From the NCBI GenBank assembly GCA_046563655.1, contig CM102286.1, positions 11,346,001 to 11,410,000 of the forward strand: a stretch of DNA of 64,000 bases, read 5' to 3'. A program made the translations under genes and the position numbers. Shown here piece by piece: positions 22,001 to 33,760 of this stretch (position 1 is its first letter; the number at the start of each line of letters is the position of its first letter). The DNA is from Yuukianura sp. NJ FZ-2021 (lineage: Eukaryota). The notes under the pieces were generated by a model, which saw only the letters and a program-made list of their open reading frames with translations, had not been told where the DNA came from and searched no databases.

Positions 22001-23130
22001 CTTAAACTTACACGTTGCTTATTTTAGATTCTTACCAAAACAACGGCGAGTGAAATCATGCTCCAAGTAAGAAACATTCTTACTTTCCGCTGAACAATCA
22101 CGATATCCAGTGCAATTAACAATCTTGATAACAAAAATGAGTTTTTAATAAAAATCAAACATTCATACGTGATTCGTGCATCCACAAAATGTCAGTTATA
22201 AACTTACCCTGTTAGGGCTGCAAAAGGCCAACTTAATAGCGCGGAAACTGCAACAGTGAAGATAGACAGGTGATACGACTTGTCTATCCAAGCTCCTATC
22301 GCTAATGCTGTCATGTACCTGCGCAAGATGGGATAAAATTAAAATATTTCTAACTTCGATTGTTTAATTTCTGTAAAAAGTTTCCGTACGATGAAAAGGA
22401 CGATGGCAAAAGTGCAGAACTTGATATAAACATCCCGGGAGCGAAGAGTGACGTTACAAGTGCGATTCGGCATATGTTTCCTCCGAAATATTTTCGAATT
22501 GACCTATGCAGTTCGTACAATAAAACTTGTGGCATTATTTAATCTATGACTCAATCATAATGGAGGAAACAAACTATCTGATATTCATACCTGTAGAGGA
22601 ATACTTCGCTGCATGCCGATATAAACCCCAAGAAACATCGGACAAGAAAAAATACAAGAAGCGGGTTTGGCTTAAAAATATAGTCGTAGATTTTTGCGGG
22701 CACGGTATGAAACAGGAGATAAGTGTAGGAACGAAGCGCAAATTCCGGTGAATACTCCCATGTTTGAAATCCTTTACCATACAACAGAAAGTGAACCTGC
22801 AAAGAAGCCAATAAAATCATTAAGAACTGCTTTCAAGTTAAATCGCAGCAAAACATTTTGTGAAAAAAAAGACAGGCTCACAGGTTCCCAATAGTTAAAC
22901 GTTTCATCACAGTCTGAAATTGTAGTCCACAATGCGGCAGCAAATCGAGCAGAGACTAGTAACTTAAATGCAGCGTAAGGGGATGGCGACCAGCTATCTT
23001 CCCCTTCATCCACCGTTTTCAGGTTGGATACTTTTGGTACGCTTTTTGCTTTCCTAGCGGAACTGGTATCATTCTTCAGGCTAGACGTCCTCTCACTACT
23101 ACTTAGGAAAGAAATTTCATCTAGTTCCAT
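13019..23130 (-). CDS. ALG9: Alpha-1,2-mannosyltransferase ALG9 (multi-exon; one intron carries the 7.1-kb element; start approximate)
   Basis: ISDCDETFNYWEP, FQTWEYSPEFALRSY, PHKEERF, CYGKEWYRFPSSFFLP, FKGQLP. Exons ...SLAVVL (~22036) and IPIVYIDS... (~14515) join across the element. Confidence 0.93.
14862..14976 (+). repeat. Subterminal ~15-bp tandem repeat (AAAAATGTCGACAAC-like), mirrored at ~21708-21822
   Basis: Repeated GTCGAC-type palindromic cores separated by A-runs. Confidence 0.8.
15005..15147 (+). ncRNA. Putative Pol III tRNA-like/hairpin RNA in the TIR (second copy ~21537-21679, minus strand)
   Basis: A-box-like TAGCCTAGTG at 15017-15026, B-box-like GGTTCGAATACC at 15061-15072, 7-bp stem TTGACTC/GGGTCAA, ~40-bp fold-back arm, T7 run at 15141-15147. 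Confidence 0.5.
15361..16239 (+). CDS. Element-encoded 292-aa protein of unknown function (left TIR copy)
   Basis: Intronless ORF, TCAGTT initiator-like motif ~30 nt upstream, AATAAA at ~16280. Confidence 0.75.
   Translation: MTMEGFRPYMEVLTPFSDMEDVIAIKIAGHSILLAAEELPTVVEKLVKAYIEAGRMMKDLPHFERIMARNRKNGFLKLFRVLDQPPASEIQIMKEKLDTPLLPIHCIKNESDQVFLIRSGGPLTVNISDIPLLVESLLKCGCFPTSYPERNLDELIHETKREFLEKLRKEGLNTCVNKIKKMIGKLAGTKPEDKKMHPYKSENRFKSMFRQRNCCCPTIDDTIMPRYRKHIADVTKDQQERINKPRIVSEGDFGDRQLQNLETYRLAPYSAKVKSMIIHHGVHDHSAYDIFC
16782..17026 (+). repeat. 21-bp minisatellite (CATAATACAATGGCCTCTCTG), ~11 copies, mirrored at ~19658-19902
   Basis: Directly visible; produces 7-aa repeat ORFs in several frames. 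Confidence 0.95.
17098..17133 (+). promoter_or_regulatory. TATA box + initiator core promoter at the inner end of the TIR (mirror 19551-19586, minus strand)
   Basis: TATAAATA at 17098-17105 and TCAGTT at 17128-17133, canonical ~30-nt arthropod spacing, upstream of the ATG at 17186. Confidence 0.7.
17186..18001 (+). CDS. Polinton/A32-like (FtsK-HerA superfamily) DNA packaging ATPase with N-terminal C2H2 zinc finger
   Basis: CDICCRQFSRRDALRRHKLTCH; Walker A ISGMTQSGKST; Walker B VVVLDDLM; FTRTSHHRNVSLIILVQNFF; KNPRD; YGYLFIDL; AATAAA at 18005-18010. Confidence 0.9.
   Translation: MDTSTACDICCRQFSRRDALRRHKLTCHSSVAVSKMLQVCMNQREKSTMFRHVHSGKKFDPHLVAPFTMCISGMTQSGKSTLVKQILLRRNEIVETNIDKPLERIMYCYTEFQPTLFGELKTKIPTIQFHRGLPEKWHDGTDKPSVVVLDDLMHEAGKNGEVGAAFTRTSHHRNVSLIILVQNFFHRNMKEITSNCHYIALMKNPRDSQFVACLGRQMNGGKKNTTMEEAYKECMLKQYGYLFIDLTQRQNDLFRIRDNIFPENCRIYANE
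18099..19484 (-). CDS. Polinton-type putative virion core/membrane-active protein (~461 aa from ATG 19484) with acidic linker and C-terminal GGFLPALL amphipathic tail
   Basis: Intact ORF; C-terminus KKKLLIQHGGFLPALLAVALPILGEFL resembles the adenovirus pX tail and Polinton small ORFs; AATAAA on the minus strand at 18045-18050. Confidence 0.75.
   Translation of the reverse strand: MAQKYILVHQDDYNSLLDQLETYESQQNSPCKSYFGEKQIHDGFLLDTKPVQYLQQHTMNMSQSRGPMELHERNSRDSGNNIPIELQNHMMQTELRQNWENQRKQREGYVNVNVVNDRRLNDMATSHFTGWDGGPEKSARKTEDRYDRITTWSENPTNGWSNTVVKPNEALEMPFSKRIKKESQIAKDETPTAAPTTPPFTLDQFSAVGKQLAQFFVANGATFANNSVSLGDANIPRSEFEEGIRKLADGRYKLTRQMIPVIVDFMIQTGIPKYLLPISHRGLLGRDEPKKLSRNRPHVESDVENEEEEDDEEDEGDEEGEEEVEEEEENEEDERDEEGEEEYRQTGGAKPSPGPIRHYQFLHQMNQHSPIIRETLLSTASPGQILALHKCVQDVIQGKIPIEATVKNILRPHRYKIKRVAEAKGSIEDKKKLLIQHGGFLPALLAVALPILGEFLTSVIS
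19515..21916 (-). repeat. Right terminal inverted repeat (2402 bp)
   Basis: Mirror of 14768-17169. Confidence 0.95.
20445..21323 (-). CDS. Element-encoded 292-aa protein (identical right TIR copy)
   Basis: Translation identical to 15361-16239. Confidence 0.75.
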   Translation of the reverse strand: MTMEGFRPYMEVLTPFSDMEDVIAIKIAGHSILLAAEELPTVVEKLVKAYIEAGRMMKDLPHFERIMARNRKNGFLKLFRVLDQPPASEIQIMKEKLDTPLLPIHCIKNESDQVFLIRSGGPLTVNISDIPLLVESLLKCGCFPTSYPERNLDELIHETKREFLEKLRKEGLNTCVNKIKKMIGKLAGTKPEDKKMHPYKSENRFKSMFRQRNCCCPTIDDTIMPRYRKHIADVTKDQQERINKPRIVSEGDFGDRQLQNLETYRLAPYSAKVKSMIIHHGVHDHSAYDIFC

Positions 23131-24009
23131 GAGCTGTTGGGGCGTTCGTTTTGGTGCATACTGAGTTTTCTGCCCTTGATTTCTGGTAAACACAGAACCA
23201 ATACGTGACTATTAATTCAAATACATGCAAGAACTTCAACTATTGCAAATCATAATTGATGTACCTAATTACCTAATTAGGCACATCAATTACCTAATTA
23301 GTATTACCTAAATTTAATATTGCCTTTCGCTCGATTGTTACCCATTGTCAGACTCAGAAACAATACCCAAAAGTACTGTTTAAAAACAGCGAAAACTGAC
23401 GCGCCCAACAGCTGGTGCTGGTAGAACTACCTCACTTTCGTTCAAATCAAAATACTGTCTGAGAAATCCAACAATTGGTGGGACCTTTTGATCGGATTAC
23501 TAATTAGTGCTATTCTACCTAATCCTCAGATAAAACATTGATGAAAACATTTCGCAAAATGTATACACTAATACTCGAAATTCTTCTGAAAGTTCGGCAC
23601 TGGATAAAAGCGTTATAAAGAATTAATACAGGGAAAGCATATTAGAATTACAAAACGGGTCAACGGTCAAGCATTTTCTTGCTTTTTCTACCATTTACAA
23701 ATTTAACTTTAAACATACGTTAATCAATCACAAAGTAAATGCATGTTCCATTAGCGAAAGAAAACTTTGGATCAGCTCCGAAATCCCATTACGAAAAGGA
23801 AGTCTGCGAAATCAGAGGATTCGCGTACTTTACTGTCTGTCAGCGGATTAGCATAGCCCAAATTTGATTGTTTTCATAACATTTCAATTCAACGGAGGAC
23901 CATTCACCGCAGGTTTTTACCGTATTAGCCGCTACCGCACTACTTTTTTTTAATTGTTGCTTTGTGAATTTAAGTGTAGTTTTTCAGTTCATGCCGAAGA
24001 CCTCCAATC

Positions 24010-27000
24010 ATGGCAGGGAAAGCAAAGCGGGTAACGGCTAAACAATTGGGTCATGGCAAGCATGGACTTATGTCTATTCACGAAGACAAGGTGCCAGGGG
24101 TCATGGCAATTCCGTTTAAATTAGACGATAACGACATTGAATTGGATGGCGACAAATCGTGTGGCCATAACAGTGGTGGTGATGGAAAGCTAAAAAGGGA
24201 TGGGACGAAGTTGGACCTTCCACACGTTCATTATTACACCCGGGTTCAACATTTCTCTTTACATCGAAAGCCGGATTACAATGAAAAAGCGTATCGGGAA
24301 CTTAAGCCAGGTTCTTCGAAGATGTCAATCTCTGTCGATCCATGTCCTAGATCTCAAACGTCGAAGCTAAACTTACGAAAATTTGATGCTGCTGAAAACC
24401 TTCAGAGAAATACGAAGAAGAAGCTTGGATTATATCTAACGAACAAGACCGTTTCGTTTAGAGTCAGAAATCAAAGCACCAGTATTTCGCTTCCCGTCGG
24501 CAGTAATAGGAAACCTAAGACACAAAATGGAGACCGAACAAAAGAGACCTCGGACCAAGGACCCTCTCGTGAACTATTGACGGCTTACAATTGGAATAAC
24601 TTCACAGGCATCTTCTCGGATCAAGTACTTTCTGCAATTGCAAAATCTTGGAGAAAAACGGTTAAACCATTTACCCAAGAGGACATCGGCACAGTTCTTC
24701 GCGAGCTTAATATAACAATGAAGCAGTTCCAGTCTTTGTCAGTTGTAACCGGCATGGAACATTCTGTAGAAATTGGGTACCTCCACGGCGTTTCTTGTCG
24801 CGCAATTATGCCAGGTTTGTGTAGTTTGTGTTTCACAGCTCTGAGTTCTGGGTAAATTATTTTTTACTATTCGGTACTGTTTGAATTTCAGATTTGCTTA
24901 AGATGGCGGCATTCACCGCGTGGCAAGAGGGTTCATCACCCAAGTCTATATACTACTTGAGCGAGGCTCAAAATTTTTTCACCCGTCGTGAAGTGATGGA
25001 AAAGCACTCGGCATACTTTGTGTAAATATTTATATTCTTGTACATATTATTATGTTGTTAGTAATGAATTGGATATGCTTCTGACGTTAGTTTTCATTTT
25101 GTTGGTTTTTTTGCAGAAGGAAATCTTACGAACGATCCCGCGAGAAGTATAGTGCTGTATCTCCTCTCGAAGACAAGAAAGATGAACTGTTCAGGATTCA
25201 GTCTGAAGCACTCAGGTCTTTTGCTGGTTCACGTCAGACCTTTGAAAATAATCTCGCAAAATTGAACCCAGGTAATTTATTTGAATTATTAGCCATTAAC
25301 CAAACTTCAAGGAACAAAAATGTCATAAAATTGTTATTGCGGTATTGTGAATTTTATTAAAGTTGGAGTACTGTTTTTTTTAAAGAGTGGAACGTGATTC
25401 AGCTAACAAGATTGTTCCACCACAAGAATAGGTTTGGTGCATCCCAGAACAATGGATCGGACGCTTTTGCTATATTTATTTCGGCTTTCATAAACGTCGA
25501 TGTAAGCTTGATACGATTGTGAAGGATTACATGAATATCAAATCCATTCGTTGAATCTAATAATACTAAAGATATTGAATTTTTATTTCATCTCATTCAG
25601 TATTTTGATTTTAGGGGACTCGTTGTCCATTCGTAACATACCTGCCTCCGCCATTATGTGACGCTGGTGTTTCCAAACACAACATTGTGGAGAGTTTGCG
25701 AACATTGATGACGAAAAACAGGAAACTTAATGAGCATTACAAAGGTAGTCGCAACAAGTACTGGAGCTTGCGTTCGCAGCAGAACGTTGAATTGAAGGTT
25801 AGTTATGGTTCATAACTTATGAAGCTTGCATTTAGGTTAAAAAGACGGTGATTTAACTGAAGCCTTACTTCCGAAACGTTTTCTTTAGACTCTACTGGAT
25901 AGTGTTGAAGAGAATTGGATATACCCTTGGGAATTCCTTTTCTACGGAAACATCATGGACAAGGATATCGTCACCTACATAAGGACTTCCTTGAAGCCAA
26001 TACAAAAAATATTGTTGATGAACTTTACGCCGAGTCTCCAGGGCGTTCTGTACAAGTTAGTAGAAAACTACAATCTTCTCAAATCTGGATTGCAGAACAA
26101 CCTTCAACGATTCATTGAATGGATCACTGGAGCGTCTGCGCAAACATCGTCCGAAATCGCTTCTCTGATTACCCAGTACGGATCTGCACTCAATTTACAA
26201 TCCTACCCACGCTCCCCAACCATTCTTGTGTTGGACCAGGTACGGCTTATCCCAGTCAGAAGTCATTTGTTAAACAATTTGTTATTTAAGTAGTACGCCA
26301 TATTTATACATTGTTTTGTTATCAGGAGCTGGACTTAATACCTTGGGAGTCCATGGATTGTTTGAAAACTACGCCAGTCACAAGAGTGCCATCCATTTCC
26401 TTGATACATTCTCTTACATATTTAAGGACGTTGAAGAAAGAAAAATACGGAGAAACTATTGATTCAAGAAGTTGCGGATATGTGTTGAATCCGGATGGTT
26501 CCTTGAAAGGAGTGGAGGAAAGACTTGCTGGTTATTTTGGTGCCGTCGTTTCATGGTCTGGAGTGACTGGACGCAAACCATCTCTGGCGGATTTTGAAAA
26601 CTATTTCCAAAAGAAGGATCTTTATTTGTAAGTTTTGCAGTTTTGTTTTGATTTTCGGAAGCAGAAGTTTTCTGAACCTCAGTTTAAAAAGTTACGTTAC
26701 TTCCGGCAATTGTTGTGCAATGGCTTCATCGGAGCCTATCACAACGTTTGCTCCAAGACGTAATTGCCTGTTTCTCTTCTCAGATATTGCGGACATGGAA
26801 ATGGGACAGCTTACTTCTCGGAAAGTCGTATACAAAAAGTATCCTGTCGTGCTATTCCGTTACTAATGGGGTGTGGTAGCGTGCGTTACAAGCATCACGG
26901 CCCGAGATCTCTCTCGACCTCCATAGTGACTTCGCTGTTTTCGGCCACGGCGTAAGTGATCATCATTTTGTGTCCAAGTTTCATGAGTTCAAACAAAAAG

Positions 27001-27713
27001 TGAGATGGTATCAAACATAACATGATACATGAGTACATGTGTGTGCAGCTTTCAATTTTAAGCAAGGCGGCGTATGGACTATGAAGTACGTTTGTTGTAC
27101 GTATGAAGACGTCATATGTACAACATGCGTACACCGTACGTACTTCATAATGAAGTACGTATGGTGTACGTACGTACGTTCAAAATATTCAAAAAATGAG
27201 TATCTCAGTCCTAAAACCTAAAATTGCAGAGAAAAATTGTGAAACTGTCCATTCCAAAGTGTTTTTTTCCCTTAGTTTGCATTTTTCGGATATACTACCG
27301 TTGTAGATTCTAATTTTTTATTGAGAAAAAACCCAAGCTTTCGGACTTGGACTCAGTCCTTCGTCAGGGATAAACTTAGAACTAGGAAAATATTTTAAGG
27401 AAAATCAGGAAAGTTAAAAGGTTAAAGTTAAAAGGTGTTTTTTTTTCTGTTTTTCAGTGTCTGCTGTGTTGGATTTCTTTATGAGGTGACTGATTTGGAA
27501 TGTGACCGTGTCACTCTTGAGCTGCTGGAACATTGGGCTCCTGGGGCCAAAGGGAAACTCCCTGCAATAATTTCATTTGACCCAAATGCTAAACGAAACC
27601 GGGAGAGATGCCTCGCAAATGCTGTTCGCATAGCCAGGGGAGGTGCAACCCAGTTTTTGACTTCGGCCGGACTGGTCTGCTACGGTATTCCTGTTTTGAC
27701 TCAAGATAACTAG
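24010..27713 (+). CDS. ESPL1: Separase (peptidase C50), short form, multi-exon
   Basis: LVLDQ|ELDLIPWESM, VTRVPS, YVLNPDGSL, YCGHGNG (catalytic His), LMGCGS (catalytic Cys), LYEVTDLECDR, VCYGIP. Confidence 0.88.
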
Positions 27714-27982
27714 AATGGATAGACAAGGCTGATTATCGCTCAATTCTTCCAACTTATATTTCTTAATTATAGACGAAAGTCGTTTTGTAACGCCTTTTTA
27801 TACACCATTTCTACCTTTTTACTTATTACTGTAATTACATCCTTTTGGACATTTAATTGCGGTAATAATTTTTATTTGTTTACATTGCTTAACTTTGATG
27901 AATTGACTCTCTCCATGGTTTCCTCAATAAATTCAGCCTAAGAACCAGCAAGTTGTGTTTATTTGAGCGAATCCAGGCAGAA

Positions 27983-29532
27983 ATGCGGAACTGTGCAGGA
28001 GCGTTAATTCTGTTTTCGGTTTTCTTCGGATCTTGGGCTCTGGTTGGCTTTAACACTAGGTGAGGTCATGCATGACAAAATTTCTTAAGTTTTATTATTA
28101 ATTGCAGATCAGGATTCAAACTAGCGAAAAAACTACAGTTGAATGGGGAGGTATTAAAACAAAAATTATTTTCAGTAATAAGTTTTACACCTTTAGTATT
28201 CCGCGGCATTGTCTGCATGCTAAATTTTATTTCGAATTCGAATATTTAGATTGCTTGTTCAAAAAATTTGCAATATATCCTTGGGAGAATACATCTTGCG
28301 GCGAGTGTGTCAATAATGGTGTCAAATTAGCAAAGTTTGATGTGTCTGCTCCTTGTAAGGACTGAATTTAAAATTGGCAATATTGCGCATGCTAAATTTC
28401 GGTAACCCGAAATAATTGCATTCACTCTTTACCTCTTTTAGTGTCACAAAATTACAGAAACTGTTCACGACAGTGTCCACGTCCAACAATTTGTACTGAA
28501 TACAAATACAACCTTGGTAAATCTCCTTAATGTATTTCCCCAAATTGTTCTTAAAGCCTTGCAACAACATGTTTGCTTCCAGATGACGTTTTTCGGTCCG
28601 AGTGTTATCAGTGCGAGCATATGCAGAAGGAAGGTAAAACATCAATAAAACGCGACTATATTTCTTTGCAAAGGAAAATTTAGCTATTGATTTTGGCCAC
28701 TTTTTCCGCAGTTGTGAAATTTAGAGCTTTACGAAGTTACAAGATTTGCTCAGACGAATGCAAACAGTGTGCAAAAGATGCTGACTTGTCTACTGCAATT
28801 TACTGTTCGTTCAAGTGCAATGGCAATCCAACATTTTGCTACCCAACTGAGATGTGGTTTGGACATCACAAATGCTATCAGTCTAGCACAATGTACGGTA
28901 AGGGCTACGGTGAAATATGTTCAAACCAACATTGAATAGGATACAACTTGCAGAGAGGTTCAAATGATTGCATTCGTACAGTCGTTATTAGTAATTCCCA
29001 GTTCTAAGATGAGAAGATACACGGATTCTGATAATTTATACTAGTTTTATGTGTCGCGTACAGGCTGTACGTTTGCTCGTATCGATGAATCTGCGGTAAA
29101 GCCACGGTGCTCGGAATGCGCCTTTTCAGCTATGAACCGTCTGGATGCTCAGCAGTGTGCTTCAGAATGCAGCGGAAGTAACCGAAGCCATGCTTAATAC
29201 ATTGATCTACAAAGTTTGTGAAAAGAGTTGTAGGCATTAATAAATGTGTATTTTTCATAGTTCCAACATACCACGAAAATGATGCGTCTGGCAAGAAAGT
29301 CGTTCTGCAGTGTCAAATTGGAGCTTACCGTAAACCACCATTGGAATTTCTGGTGTTTGTTGTGGCGGAAATTAACGCAGTTAATACAATTTTGTTTTCG
29401 TTAGATGAAGTGTTCGAGCATAATATTCCGCCGAAGATCCTCCATTTCCTAAAGATAGAGACGCCGCTTAGCCGTTCGAAAGCGATCCACTTCTTGAAGT
29501 ATATTCCGACCTTTGCGCCTTCCTTAACATAA
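27983..29532 (+). CDS. Secreted cysteine-rich protein, paralog 1 (multi-exon, family unknown)
   Basis: Signal-peptide exon MRNCAGALILFSVFFGSWALVG; exons CSDECKQCAK...CSFKCNGNPTFCYP and CSECAF...AQQCASECSG; similar exon layout to the downstream paralog. Confidence 0.6.
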
Positions 29533-29905
29533 AAACTGGCGAAGATTGATTTCAGCACTAGATGCATCACTTAAAATCCTAACTGCTTTTCATTAAAAAA
29601 AATTCTTAAGCTGTCGTTATGTAGGAAAACTTCTACATATTTTTCCACGCTGTCTAATATGAAGCAAAATCTCGCACGAAGTGGAACTTTACTGTGTCAA
29701 TGCCCGTCCGTCCATTTTCTTTTTATTTATTCCAAGAACTCAGCTCAAATATTGAGAAAAACTTTTTAAAAATAAAAGTTATTGCTCTTTTGTGTAACAA
29801 TAAATGGAAATTTATGATTTTTTTTCAACATAGGCAAACATGACAGTATTTTTACTAGCATATAATCAGCGTGCTTTTCGAAGTTGAAAGAAAGCCAACT
29901 CAAGA

Positions 29906-31481
29906 ATGGCCTTCAAAGTTTTCGTATTTTACACGGGACTCATATTTACCGACGCATTGGTAAGAAAACTTCAATACGTTGAACAATGGAAACCTCGTTT
30001 ACTGTTCTGACTGAAAAACTCTAAATCCATTAGATTCACATTGAGTTGCACAACGAAGTCGTGTCATGGACAGGTTAGACCCTCAGAAACATGACTTCAG
30101 AATTTTCCTTGACGCTATGAAATTAATAAGTAAGTACCTTATGGTTTTGCTTATAAACAGATTGCATTCTGCGCAAGTCTCTGATTCCCACCGATGTCAA
30201 AAGTAAATGTTACCGTTGTAGCATGACCCCGTCTCTGGGCGTCCCGTTGAATTTACCAGGTTAAATCAAAATAGAAATGTAACTTACTATTTCTATAGTG
30301 AAACTAGAGACGCGGAAATGGCTATAATCTGACGAAAATTCTATAATTTCTATGTCGAAATTCATTTTTCCTCGCAATTTTAGGATGGAATCAAAAATAT
30401 GTCAACTGTTCGGAACATTGTGAATACATCACAATCTGCACAGAAGCGAAGTACTATACAAGTAAAACGCGTCGTCGCATTTTAAAAATTTTAACACCAA
30501 TTTAATTTGTCTGGCAATTTTATTTAGTGGTCGGGAACAATAAGGATCCACTATTGATTCCTGTGTGCTACCAATGTGAGAACAGAAAAACCGAAGGTAA
30601 ATACAGCCATAGGAATTTAGCGTTAGCATTCACTAGGTTTATTGTAACTTCAAATTGTCGTAATTTCTAGATATTTATTTTCAACTGGTTAGAGATGACG
30701 GACTTTGCTCAAAACAATGTGTCGAATGTGCCGGACAGCATGACATCTTGACGGCAACGGAATGCGCACGACAGTGTACTGGCCTTCCTACATTCTGCTA
30801 CCCCAGAGAACGCTGGTTTAATCACCTCAAATGCTACAGGGCTACTTCCTGGTACGGTAAGTAACAAACTGCTAAGAAGTTGCATATGTAAGAAATTGCA
30901 AATCTTTTGTATTTTAAGTATTTATAATATTAGGATGCGTTTATAAAGAGCCTAAACAGGGCAGCAAGTTGTCAAATTCTTGCAAAGAATGTGCCAAACA
31001 GGCTTTGACTCTGCCAGATGCTCAAGAATGTGCTGTTGAATGTGACGGTTTACCTACGTACACTATCAAATCTTCAGGAAATTCTTCCACTCTGGTGCAG
31101 TGCGTAGAACGTCCAGCAGGTAAGCCGCAAGTATCGAATTTTCAAAATAAGGCAAGGCACGTATAAATTTTGAACTAGGTACTACTTGTGTATTTTATAG
31201 CCGCTAACACGGATTTTTTCTATTACGACATTCCTCATTCAATTGCTCGCTTCATGCACGTTTCGAATCCAGCAGAAATTTATCCAGCGAAAGAGTTGGG
31301 CGAAATTTATCTAAGCAGTCGTATTGGAAGTAAATATTTAGAATTTTCCACGCAATACTGTTTCTAAAAAAAATAATTCATTTTTTTTCGTTTTTTTTTT
31401 TCAGAAATGATCTTTCGAAGGTTCAATATGTCACTCCTGACTTGGCCACGTCCCGCCGGATATGAGGAACTAACGTTGTGA
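29906..31481 (+). CDS. Secreted cysteine-rich protein, paralog 2 (end approximate)
   Basis: MAFKVFVFYTGLIFTDAL; CSKQCVECAG...ATECARQCTGLPTFCYP and CKECAK...AQECAVECDGLPTY. Confidence 0.6.
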
Positions 31482-31559
31482 CTTGTGAAATAAGCTTTTA
31501 CTTCAAATCGAATTTGGAATTAAATTTTGATTTTTACGAGAAATCACTCATAGTGGCCT

Positions 31560-32686
31560 TCAATTCTCCTCGTTTGATAATTCGCTTGATTACAGCTCCT
31601 GTTACATGCGGAAGCACTTGAGCTACTGTTGGAAGTGTCGTTTGTCGAGAGCTGTGTGCAGCAGGAGGTGACACGTCACGACGACGCAGCATCAGACATC
31701 CAGCTACTGATTGCTGATGAATTGTTGCGGTGGGGGAAATTGTGACAGGCGGAATGTGGGGACCTTGAAAATTATCTTGTCGGAAGCATGACTGAAGTTC
31801 TTCTTCAATTGAGAGTTCGTCGTCAGCGTCGTAACCTGACGAAGCCGAACTGCCATTGGTTATTATGCTGTCATTGGAATTTATGTTATTCAGACTGGCT
31901 TCTTGTTGAGCTTGGATTGCAAGTACATTGACCGTAGAAATGACTTCGGTTGCATCGTTATTCGGATCTAGCCGAATAAGTTAAAAAATTAAAACAAATT
32001 GCATAAAAAATACATTTTGATTGGATTAATTTAGACTTGCGCATCAGTGGCTGTGTTGACGACGCCGTTTCCGTCGCTGATGATGCCAAGACGACATCAG
32101 CAGTTGACAAAATTGCTGTCAAAGTGTTGTCTCGAAGCAAAAGTGGAGGTTTATTTGTTGGTTCAAGGTTATGAACGGAGAAGGAGGAGTTGAGGGAGGA
32201 GTTGGACAGTGTATCTACGATTGTCGCGTTTGTTGAGTTGGTTTGAAATGTTTCCTGACATGTTACGGTACACACCATCGCTTCTGTATGTGTAAATGTT
32301 CTCCGGTATGAATTCCCGTCGAAAGTGGTCATGAAGTAAACCTTGGAAGTGGACCAATCAGAGATGTCGTGCATTGATACACACTTCCTTCCAAATGATT
32401 CCAGCATGGAGTGCCCGAACGCCTGTGACAATTCTGACATCGGCAGTTCTGGCTCATCTTTTTTGGTGATGAGACTCTCTATGAGTGGCGTCGCCACAAT
32501 AGTATTTGACGATGCATCGGCCGTTGTTTGTGTGTAGGTTGTTACGGAAAGTGGAGGAGACATGAGGCGTTCCATTGCGACCATTTCAATTTTGGTCTGA
32601 TTCTCAGCGTCATGCTTCACTGCTTTGGGTTTTCGAAGGGCCAAAGTTCTCACAGGCTTCGGATTACTAAATCGCGCAAGCTCCAT
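31560..32686 (-). CDS. Ser/Thr-rich protein of unknown function (boundaries uncertain)
   Basis: 242-codon ORF plus a probable downstream coding exon; no recognisable motif. Confidence 0.4.
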
Positions 32687-33338
32687 GCTCGTCGAATAGT
32701 CGCTGTAAACGCCAATCTTCTCTTGATTATGATTAGGAATTAGGAATAAGGCTGATGGCTGCCTTCAAACATCACCACATTCGTTTTACAACAACAGTGA
32801 TCCAACCAACGACCTCTGACGGCGGTGTTCTGCCGTTCCGCTTGATGCGCATGCGTGGCGTCAAGCGCCACACTCTCTAGCCACCGAAGAACCGATGAGT
32901 AGGGTTTAGTTTTACTAAAATTTTATTCACAAAAAGGAAGCAATGTTTTTTTCAAAGTTATTCTAAATCCGTTTATTCGAATCCGTTGCCATGTTAACTA
33001 TACACAACGTAAGAACCCATGAATTTTGCATGCGAAGTAAAGTGAATAACATATTTCAGCATCATCTCATCGGTGCCGTGCTAAAAATTCGACTTGAACT
33101 ATTCAGTGTTCATTTAACAGGTCATGAAACAGTCAAATCTGTCAGATTCCAAACGATTTAAAACTTCATTCGAGGACCGTAACGTGTCTATTGTCCAAAC
33201 ACTTAAAACAGTAACCTTGGCCTGTAGGGAAGTTCAGATTCCACAACGTTACGAAACGTCCTGTCCCAACCTCTAAAACTGTTCAGTTGTATGAGTGGGA
33301 GTTTGGTAAAAAATATTGCAGCGGTAGCTCAAGTCTTA

Positions 33339-33760
33339 CTATTGCTGCTTCGAGCTAATCTTTTTCCTATGCAAACTGGGGCCTCCCTAGGGTACTAAAG
33401 GTTAGGTTACGTTAGTTAGGTTAAGTTTGACTTTTTTTTTGAAAATTTTTTTCAGAATCGTATTCAGCATCCCCAAATTAGTCTACAAACCGATTTTCAT
33501 CCATATTGGACAAAATTTTTTTAATTTTTTTCGAAATTTTGAAGAAAAAAAATGCTTTTTTGAAAATCAAATATTATTTCCGGAAACAATTTTTTTGATT
33601 TTTTTTTTGTTTTTTACTATCAGGGGTCTATAGGGCCTTCAGAGAAGAAATTTCATAATTTTCAAAAATGGGCCTGGATAATAAAATATTTCCGAAAATA
33701 TATGCATCTGATTTTTGCTAAGATCCCCATGCTGGACTTACGACCTCAAAGCAGCAATAG
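33339..33760. mobile_element. MITE (PIF/Harbinger-like) with internal TTAGG tract
   Basis: TIRs CTATTGCTGCTTCGAG / CTCAAAGCAGCAATAG; TTA on both flanks. Confidence 0.7.
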
